A stretch of DNA of 64,000 nt, taken from positions 1 through 64,000 of IMG/VR virus record IMGVR_UViG_3300032331_003707; one strand, 5' to 3'. The notes under the pieces are model-generated. The model was given only the letters and a program-made list of their open reading frames with translations. It was not told where the DNA came from and made no database searches. Positions 57,294 to 64,000 of the stretch are shown in pieces. Position 1 is the first letter of the stretch. Every line of letters starts with the position of its first letter. The DNA comes from a virus. The position numbers and the translations under genes were made by a program.

Positions 57294-57838
57294 TCCCACC
57301 AACCTCTAATTCCTGAACCATCGAATTGGTCTAGGAACTCTGATTTTTTATTAAATTTAGAATAGTCTTGTCCATTAAGTAAGTGCATAAGCTCTTTCCA
57401 ACCTTTCTTTTGCATATCGTGAGCTCTTCTTAATATTCGTTCATTAATCTTTTTCTCTTTTTTCGTAACGTCATTCACCATCTCGTATAGATCTGGTCTA
57501 TCCTCTAAAGGTACAAAGTGAGTATTGAGAATCATTTCTAATCCTAACTCCTTCTCTGCTTCTTCTATAAAGTCGTCATTAGCAAATAGGTTAAGTAGAT
57601 ATACACATCTCTTCATTGCTTCTACTTTCTTTTCTTTAGATATCCACTCCTCAATACCACGTTCTTCTATGTTGGTATGCATATCTTTTACAGCATCTGC
57701 CATAAGCGTAAACACTGAATGGTGTCCTCCATACCAACGATATTTCCATAAGGCTTTACGGAATATCCATAGGTTTCTAAAAAATGTAGGTAGGTCGTAT
57801 CTAAATAACTCCCATATACGTTGTAATTTATATCTCAT
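57290..57838 (-). CDS. Hypothetical phage protein
   Basis: 182-aa ORF ending GWWD. Confidence 0.65.
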   Translation of the reverse strand: MRYKLQRIWELFRYDLPTFFRNLWIFRKALWKYRWYGGHHSVFTLMADAVKDMHTNIEERGIEEWISKEKKVEAMKRCVYLLNLFANDDFIEEAEKELGLEMILNTHFVPLEDRPDLYEMVNDVTKKEKKINERILRRAHDMQKKGWKELMHLLNGQDYSKFNKKSEFLDQFDGSGIRGWWD

Positions 57839-57923
57839 AATTTTCCAAACATTTGTTTACTTTGAATTTCATTAGTGGTTTGTTGGACTTCCAATAACCA
57901 TCTCCAAATTTTTTTAATTATAA

Positions 57924-58394
57924 TTTTAGTAGGCGTTCTCATGGGTTAATATTATCCTTTTATTACTTGTTTAGCACCTAATGTGCCTGTTACTTTATCG
58001 ATGCGTGAATCGATATATGAGTGGGTATGCTTTATTTCTTCACATATATCTTTAAATCGTAAGTCTAAATCGCGATCATGTCTTTCAAATTCAGAGTATA
58101 TATTTCGCTCATTTTTTCCAAATTCAGAACTTATATCGCGTTCTAATTCCTTAAATCTACGATCAAACTCTTCACGTGTGTCGTGGGTTGTTTCCCAAAA
58201 CGTTCGGCTGACTTCTGATATTCTTTCTTCATTGGTTTTAACTTCTTTTAACAAATTGTTAATCTTAACTACACCCCAAACAATCGTTGCTAACATAATA
58301 GCACCAACAATCGAGAGCATACCTAAAACAAAATACATTGTTTCCATAATTTATTTCTCCTTATAATTTTTATTTCAAAGAACGCCTACTAAAA
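57924..58394. repeat. Perfect 16-bp inverted repeat bracketing ORF 57952..58347
   Basis: TTTTAGTAGGCGTTCT (57924-57939) and AGAACGCCTACTAAAA (58379-58394). Confidence 0.9.
57952..58347 (-). CDS. TM + coiled-coil protein
   Basis: N-terminal TM; AAGGAG upstream on the minus strand. Confidence 0.7.
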   Translation of the reverse strand: METMYFVLGMLSIVGAIMLATIVWGVVKINNLLKEVKTNEERISEVSRTFWETTHDTREEFDRRFKELERDISSEFGKNERNIYSEFERHDRDLDLRFKDICEEIKHTHSYIDSRIDKVTGTLGAKQVIKG

Positions 58395-58458
58395 CATATC
58401 ATCTAACTCGGGTGGACATGTGTCAATAATATGATTTTTGACAAATCTTTTCCACCAA

Positions 58459-58656
58459 TCAGTTATCTTTCGAATAATTTTCATAACGACAAATAGAGGT
58501 ATAATAATTAATTATTTGATCCTTATTAAATTTTAAATTTTTATTTTCTTTATTATTTAATACAACCCACAATTCTTTTACAGCACTATCTACTAATGGA
58601 GATTTTTTCTCCTTAATTAAAAATTGCTCTAATTGTTCGATATTATCTAATTTCAC
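58459..58656 (-). CDS. Hypothetical protein (GTG start, probably leaderless)
   Basis: Minus-strand TTTGG-N19-TATCTTTA-N4-GTG. Confidence 0.5.
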   Translation of the reverse strand: MKLDNIEQLEQFLIKEKKSPLVDSAVKELWVVLNNKENKNLKFNKDQIINYYTSICRYENYSKDN

Positions 58657-58719
58657 TATATAAAGATAATAAAAAATGGCCCGAAGGCCAAATTTATTAT
58701 TTAAAAAAAGATTAAGATT

Positions 58720-58986
58720 TTATAATAATGGCTCTTCGTCTTTAGGTTTTTCGTTTTTAGCCTGTTGTTTCATTTTAACAACATTTTCAATTACTGTTAA
58801 ACCTAATCCACCTCCCGCGATAAGCGCTATAGAGTCAAACATAAATTCTGGTGTGATGTGTTCTTCGTTTTTATAGGTAGCGATATATGCTAACGATATA
58901 ACAACAAATAAAGCTAATAATGAAGCAAAACGCTTGCTTGAAGTATCAGAAGAACCTGATAGTAAGTCTTTAAAAAATTTTTTCAT
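58720..58986 (-). CDS. Two-TM small membrane protein (holin-like)
   Basis: MKKFFKDLLSG...SSKRF + 2 TM. Confidence 0.55.
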   Translation of the reverse strand: MKKFFKDLLSGSSDTSSKRFASLLALFVVISLAYIATYKNEEHITPEFMFDSIALIAGGGLGLTVIENVVKMKQQAKNEKPKDEEPLL

Positions 58987-59021
58987 GGTTGTATGTGTTT
59001 TCTCATACATATCACATGATG

Positions 59022-59594
59022 TTACATAATTTCGTCTACCATCATTAATTTTAAAGCTTCTTCTGCTGTAATATACCAATCACGTCTTGATTTTTTAACA
59101 TCATCTAATTGTTTTTGAGATACAGATGATTTTAATAATAAAATTGTATCATATTGTTTCATTATACGATTACATTCATCTAAATCATCTTTAATAATAG
59201 ATAATTTATCAAATTGAGGATAATTATTTAGAGCCTCATGATACATAAATGTAGCATATTTGCTAGCAAATCGTTTATGGCCTGAAATAAAGATGGGTAA
59301 TCCCATTGACATAGCGTAACCATAACAATAAGTATGGATTGGGGTTATAGAATTTTCAATTACACCTATTAAAGCAAAACCATCATAAATCACCCCACCA
59401 AAACTATTAATAATTAATTTAATGGGTTTACGTTCGTAATCTTTAGTTACTGATTCTTGTTCATCATCATATTCATTAGCGTCTAATATGAATTGAATAA
59501 TTTCTTCAACTGATTCATTATCAATGTCATTACTTAGAATAATACTCCTAAATTGATCTTCCCTATCAAAATATCTACTTTTTCTATTCGTCAT
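59022..59594 (-). CDS. clpP: ClpP-like serine protease
   Basis: IINSFGG, GFALI, YAMSMG (Ser), KRFA..ATFMYH (His), RDWYITAEEAL...VDEI. Confidence 0.88.
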   Translation of the reverse strand: MTNRKSRYFDREDQFRSIILSNDIDNESVEEIIQFILDANEYDDEQESVTKDYERKPIKLIINSFGGVIYDGFALIGVIENSITPIHTYCYGYAMSMGLPIFISGHKRFASKYATFMYHEALNNYPQFDKLSIIKDDLDECNRIMKQYDTILLLKSSVSQKQLDDVKKSRRDWYITAEEALKLMMVDEIM

Positions 59595-59797
59595 ATGATA
59601 ACTTTTACTACTGTTTTTCTAGGCACTCCTGGATAGTAGGCATCTATCATATTATGGTAATGTTCTATAGGTAAAATAGATTCTATCCCTACACCAAAAT
59701 CTAATATATCAAACATTGAATAAGACTTCTCAGCTAATTCAAGTCGTTGTTCTAACGTTAGATCAATTTCTATACTATAACTAGATATTAATTCCAT
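59591..59797 (-). CDS. Hypothetical protein
   Basis: Coupled minus-strand ORF. Confidence 0.5.
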   Translation of the reverse strand: MELISSYSIEIDLTLEQRLELAEKSYSMFDILDFGVGIESILPIEHYHNMIDAYYPGVPRKTVVKVII

Positions 59798-59976
59798 TAT
59801 CTATGTTTTTTAGGTGAACACTGGTGTTGGAGTTGGTTTTTACCTTTATTAACTCGTTTGGTTTGTTTATACATTTTCTGCTGTCTATTACTATGGTGTT
59901 TATAGTTATAGCCTTTTTGAGGGGCTGAGCAGGAAGCAAATATAATTACGATTAAAAAGAAAATTAATTTTTTCAT
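59797..59976 (-). CDS. Small basic lipoprotein
   Basis: MKKLIFFLIVIIFASC lipobox. Confidence 0.6.
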   Translation of the reverse strand: MKKLIFFLIVIIFASCSAPQKGYNYKHHSNRQQKMYKQTKRVNKGKNQLQHQCSPKKHR

Positions 59977-60182
59977 AGTATTTCTACCCATTCGGGTTCT
60001 TTAATTGTTTCGCAAAATAAAAAATGAGAGTCTGTTTTTAATACATGATCCGCATCTAAATATTCCTTCCATCCGTGAAGTAATTCTCTAATAAGTTGTC
60101 CTTCTTTATTAAAGAAATAACTTACTGGGATATTCCTGAGTATTTTGTATACTTCTCCGTTATAAAAATAAAGTGGTTTCAT
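59973..60182 (-). CDS. Hypothetical protein
   Basis: Coupled minus-strand ORF. Confidence 0.55.
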   Translation of the reverse strand: MKPLYFYNGEVYKILRNIPVSYFFNKEGQLIRELLHGWKEYLDADHVLKTDSHFLFCETIKEPEWVEIL

Positions 60183-60271
60183 ATTATACCCCGGTTACAT
60201 TCCTACGTTTTTATTTATCACCCTTCCTTCCCGTATTCCCAATATACATAGTGAGAATTTTATTTCCAAAT

Positions 60272-60616
60272 TTATTTAAGAAAGATTTGTACTAAAAGTA
60301 TCATTAAACTTAACCCCAAACATATCCATGTTTTTAGATTAATATTTTCATCAAATATAAAATTAGACATAAGTGTAAATACTATAGTCCCAATTGAGAA
60401 TCCTATTAACCTTCCGGGCCACAATTCTCCATTAAAAGCATGCTGGAAGTTTCTTACTGAGGTAGTAAACAGATATGATATAGGAATCCCCCAAAGTAAC
60501 ACAAACCAGAAATTCTGCTTTAAAAAATTATACTTCAGTGGACCCTGGAGTTGATAGAATGTAACTACTTGAGCTGTTATTCCACTTAAAACCCCTAATA
60601 TTAAATTATAATTCAT
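60272..60616 (-). CDS. Four-TM small membrane protein (SMR/DMT-like)
   Basis: Four hydrophobic segments in 114 aa. Confidence 0.55.
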   Translation of the reverse strand: MNYNLILGVLSGITAQVVTFYQLQGPLKYNFLKQNFWFVLLWGIPISYLFTTSVRNFQHAFNGELWPGRLIGFSIGTIVFTLMSNFIFDENINLKTWICLGLSLMILLVQIFLK

Positions 60617-60840
60617 ACAAAAATAAAATATAATGTGAAGTATATAATTGAGTATAAAACGATAAGTACAATAAATCCTCCTAATACTTCATAAAATTCA
60701 TGTCTAGGACTTACAAAAATATCTCCTTTAGTATAATCTCTTAATCTAAGAAGACATACGATAGTTCCTATTAAGTAAATAGAATTTAAAAATCCTAAAA
60801 ATCCTAATAATCCTTGAATAATTTCAATTGTTGTTTCCAT
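60613..60840 (-). CDS. Two-TM membrane protein
   Basis: Downstream of minus-strand TTTGG-N19-TATCTTTA promoter (~60911-60880). Confidence 0.55.
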   Translation of the reverse strand: METTIEIIQGLLGFLGFLNSIYLIGTIVCLLRLRDYTKGDIFVSPRHEFYEVLGGFIVLIVLYSIIYFTLYFIFV

Positions 60841-60958
60841 AACCTTTATTTTTTTATAACCTTAATTTTTATTATACTATAAAGATAATACCCCTAATTA
60901 AAGATTCCAAATTTTTTAGTGGAAATCTTCAAAGTTTTTATATATTAATATATTTATA

Positions 60959-61399
60959 ATGATGAATCTAGAAGAAATTTTTTCCCTATTTGATAACCCC
61001 TCAGATAATAATGGAAAATATACTGTTTCTGATGAGGATTTATTTTTTTATCTTAAAATGTTTAAAGGTTATATCTTAAGATTTGATGAGCTTAAAAAAG
61101 GATTCCTCCCATTTATGCATTCGATTAATCCTGAAATAGCAGAAAAACTATCTACTACTACTATTAATCCACTTTGTTATTATAAAGCTTATTCTTTTTT
61201 AAAGAAAATAGACCTAAATGATAAGGATCATTATGAATCTTTCTCTAAAAATATAGACTTAGATTTTATAAAAGCATGTAATAAATCCATAGAATACTTC
61301 ATCAGTACAGAAGAATATGAAAAATGTAACATGCTAAACATATTTCTACAAGAAGGAATGAAAATTCTTAAAGTAAACTTGCTAGATACAAATTATTAA
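60959..61399 (+). CDS. Hypothetical protein with C-terminal UVR-like helix pair
   Basis: YFISTEEYEKCNML. Confidence 0.5.
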   Translation: MMNLEEIFSLFDNPSDNNGKYTVSDEDLFFYLKMFKGYILRFDELKKGFLPFMHSINPEIAEKLSTTTINPLCYYKAYSFLKKIDLNDKDHYESFSKNIDLDFIKACNKSIEYFISTEEYEKCNMLNIFLQEGMKILKVNLLDTNY

Positions 61400-61436
61400 T
61401 TACATTATCATATTATTTACTTAAAAAACAACAATT

Positions 61437-61637
61437 ATGAGAAATCGCGACCTAATCTTTAATAAGATTGAACGCGTTGAAGGTGCTTTAAAATCATTAA
61501 AAGTATTCTCAACACGCCCAGGAATTACAGTAGAAGATATTCATGCTATCATTAACGATGCTGAAAATATCCTCTCAGACTTAAAATCTATGATTGAAAG
61601 AGAGCCAATGGGGCCTAATGAAATTAACAGAGTTTAA
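61437..61637 (+). CDS. Hypothetical protein
   Basis: ORF with A-rich leader. Confidence 0.6.
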   Translation: MRNRDLIFNKIERVEGALKSLKVFSTRPGITVEDIHAIINDAENILSDLKSMIEREPMGPNEINRV

Positions 61638-61656
61638 TTATTAAAAAATAAAAGTT

Positions 61657-62439
61657 ATGAAATTAACAGCAGAAGAAATCCAAAATAATTGGATTGATTT
61701 AGAAGAAACTATTAAATCATATATTAGCGAACCACGTCGTTCTCAATTACTTGGTTTTTATTCTCAATATGCAGAACGCATTATGATGATGCCTGCTTCA
61801 TATAAAAAAGAATATCACAATGCATTCCCAGGAGGATATGTTGATCACATCTTACGAGTAGTAGATTGTGCTCTTAAATTAAATAATGTGTGGATTGAAA
61901 TGGGGGTAGATGATTCTACTTATACTAAAGAAGAATTAGTATTTGCTGCTTTAAATCATGATTTAGGTAAAATGGGTGATGAAGAACATGAATCGTATGT
62001 TCCTCAAACTGATCAATGGCGTAAAGATAAACTTGGTGAAGATTATACCTTCAATACTAAATTAGCATTTGCATCTGTACCTGATAGAGGTTTATATTTA
62101 CTCCAACAACATGGTATCAAATATTCATTCAATGAAATGATTGCTATCCAAACCCATGATGGATTATACGATGAAGGTAACAAAAAATATTTAATGGCTT
62201 GGACCCCAGAACAACGTCCTCGTACATCATTACCGTTTATTGTTCACCAAGCCGATTTAATGGCATCTCGTATCGAATTTGAACGCGAGTGGTTACCTAA
62301 ATTCAAAACCAATACTCCTAAAAATTTCAAATTAGATACTACCTCTACAACCTCTACAGAGAAAAAAACACCTATTAAAACTAAAGCTTTAGGAAATATT
62401 CAAAGTGAAAATTTAAAAAATATGCTTAATAACTTATGA
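61657..62439 (+). CDS. HD-domain phosphohydrolase
   Basis: YHNAFPGGYVDH, NHDLGK, THDG, HQAD. Confidence 0.85.
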   Translation: MKLTAEEIQNNWIDLEETIKSYISEPRRSQLLGFYSQYAERIMMMPASYKKEYHNAFPGGYVDHILRVVDCALKLNNVWIEMGVDDSTYTKEELVFAALNHDLGKMGDEEHESYVPQTDQWRKDKLGEDYTFNTKLAFASVPDRGLYLLQQHGIKYSFNEMIAIQTHDGLYDEGNKKYLMAWTPEQRPRTSLPFIVHQADLMASRIEFEREWLPKFKTNTPKNFKLDTTSTTSTEKKTPIKTKALGNIQSENLKNMLNNL

Positions 62440-62711
62440 TTTCAATTATTATTATATCAATTTTGAGTTGTCTAGTAGTATTACTAAGTTATACTACTTT
62501 TAATCTTCTTAAAAAGAATGAAAAAGCTGAAGATATTTTAATTTCATATAAAGAATATATTGATAAATTATCTTCTCAAATTGAAGAATCTAATCAAAAA
62601 ATTAAAGAAATTGATGAAAAGGGAGTTTTTGATAGTGATGATGAAATAGGATGGTTTTTTAAAGAGCTTAAGAAAATTCAATCCTCTTTAGAAAAATTTA
62701 AAATAAATTAA
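62436..62711 (+). CDS. Membrane-anchored hypothetical protein
   Basis: N-terminal TM + coiled coil. Confidence 0.6.
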   Translation: MISIIIISILSCLVVLLSYTTFNLLKKNEKAEDILISYKEYIDKLSSQIEESNQKIKEIDEKGVFDSDDEIGWFFKELKKIQSSLEKFKIN

Positions 62712-62715
62712 TTCT

Positions 62716-63477
62716 ATGACTGTTACAAAAAAAGGAAAAAACTATTTTACCCAAGATACTGAATTAGCAATATTAGAATATAATAATTGTGAGGATTTTT
62801 CACAACGAAGTCAAATTTACGATAAAAAAATCCACTATGCTTTTTTCAAACTAACCGAAAACATTATCCATACCTTTAAATTTTACTATACAGAGGTAAA
62901 TAATCTTGAGGATTTACAACACGAGGTAATTACTTTTTTACTTTCTAAAATCCATCTCTACAACCAGGATAAAGGTAAGGCTTATTCATATTTTGGTACT
63001 ATTGCTAAAAGATATCTTATTATATCTAATACCAAAAATTATAAAAGAAAAATAGATACTATTCCTTTAACCGAACTTGGAAATTCTCATTCGGATAATG
63101 ATGACTTCACCAATCATAATAAAAAATCTATCCATGACGAACCTCAGGGGGAAATTACTATATTTGATGAAGAAAAAAACATATTACCTGAAAAAGATAA
63201 TCTTTCTAGATTTATAGATTTATATGTAGAATATAGTTCTAAAAATTTATATAAATTATTCCCCAAAGAATCAGATGCACGAATAGCAGATGCGGTATTA
63301 GAATTATTTAGAAAAAGAGATCATTTAACTATATTTAATAAAAAGGCTCTTTATATCTATATAAGAGAAATTATAGATGTAAAAACTCCAAAAATTACTA
63401 AAATAGCTCTTCAATTATATGATTTGTTTAAAGAAAAACACGCATTTTATTTAGAAAACGGATATTTTGAGTCCTAA
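62716..63477 (+). CDS. Phage sigma factor (T4 gp55-like late sigma)
   Basis: NYFT, KLTENII..F.FY, EDL.HE...KIHLYNQDKGKAYSYFGTIAKRYLI resembles sigma region 2 of gp55. Confidence 0.7.
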   Translation: MTVTKKGKNYFTQDTELAILEYNNCEDFSQRSQIYDKKIHYAFFKLTENIIHTFKFYYTEVNNLEDLQHEVITFLLSKIHLYNQDKGKAYSYFGTIAKRYLIISNTKNYKRKIDTIPLTELGNSHSDNDDFTNHNKKSIHDEPQGEITIFDEEKNILPEKDNLSRFIDLYVEYSSKNLYKLFPKESDARIADAVLELFRKRDHLTIFNKKALYIYIREIIDVKTPKITKIALQLYDLFKEKHAFYLENGYFES

Positions 63478-63503
63478 TTCTTTCTATATTTATAAGAAAA
63501 AAT

Positions 63504-63845
63504 ATGGCTTCTTTAGATGAAATAATATTCGGTAAAAAAAGTTTTTCTAATCTTTTAGAAGAAATATACGATAACCAAAAGAAAAAAGAAAAACAAATCT
63601 CTGCTTTAATTAGTGAACTTAAGCCTCTTATAAGAGAAATAGGTGATGCTACTTTAATTGTTCCTTTAATTAAGGAATATTTGGAAATAGGTGTTAAAAA
63701 TGATGAGCAGTTAATTAAAATGGCTACAATCATTCAAAGAGCACTCCAAACCTCAACATCTACAGATAATTTTTCTATTACTGAAGAAGAAAAACAACAA
63801 CTTCTTAATCAAATTGATCAATTAAAATCCGACGGAAATGGTTAA
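63504..63845 (+). CDS. Hypothetical protein
   Basis: Late-type TATATTTATA motif upstream. Confidence 0.65.
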   Translation: MASLDEIIFGKKSFSNLLEEIYDNQKKKEKQISALISELKPLIREIGDATLIVPLIKEYLEIGVKNDEQLIKMATIIQRALQTSTSTDNFSITEEEKQQLLNQIDQLKSDGNG

Positions 63846-64000
63846 TTTTGGTTTTATAAATAATCTAAGACTAGCAGCCCCTACTCCAAATGTAATGAGT
63901 AGTGTAGGAGGAACTGTTACTCCTGTTAGAGTAATAAACACCATGTTAACTGCTCAAGATATTAAAGATTATTATCAAGGAGATTTATATCTTTTACTTA
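63838..64000 (+). CDS. ORF truncated by the window end
   Basis: MVNFGFINNLRLAAP..., open to the end. Confidence 0.45.
   Translation, partial: MVNFGFINNLRLAAPTPNVMSSVGGTVTPVRVINTMLTAQDIKDYYQGDLYLLL

Noticed and set aside
1-64000. Stop-codon reassignment (alternative genetic code)
   Set aside because: Conserved genes are full length in code 11, TAA/TAG/TGA are all used as stops, and no suppressor tRNA is seen

Overview
AT-rich, densely coded segment of a large T4-like (myovirus/jumbo-type) dsDNA phage. A Bacteroidota host is inferred from TTTGG-N19-TAnnTTTA promoters and A-rich translation starts that mostly lack a Shine-Dalgarno sequence. Layout: (1) 1-2.6 kb, clamp-loader subunits and a PD-(D/E)XK nuclease. 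(2) 2.6-23.6 kb, a ~22-gene nucleotide-sugar/glycosyltransferase island with no exporter or polymerase. (3) 23.6-35.5 kb, small genes, including a DksA/TraR-like Zn finger, an HNH protein, a thioesterase and a lysis-like cassette (GH19 endolysin, PAS-PAS-TM protein, TM-GAF-like protein). (4) 35.5-36.3 kb, an RNA cluster: a pseudoknotted structured RNA, two tRNA-like RNAs with identical acceptor stems and expanded anticodon arms, and tRNA-CAT. It is followed by DenV-like, AEP-like, kinase, RNA ligase, two phosphoesterase genes and thyA. (5) 34-55.7 kb (overlapping 3 and 4), an array of ~28 copies of a phage-specific CCGAG-N19-TATCTTTA promoter-like repeat, each heading one or a few small ORFs; tRNA-Leu and a second structured RNA lie inside it. 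(6) 55.7-56.1 kb, a non-coding strand-switch region, then mostly minus-strand genes (ClpP-like protease, an ORF bracketed by a perfect 16-bp inverted repeat), an HD hydrolase and a gp55-like late sigma factor. All calls come from motif recognition by eye; no database searches were run.
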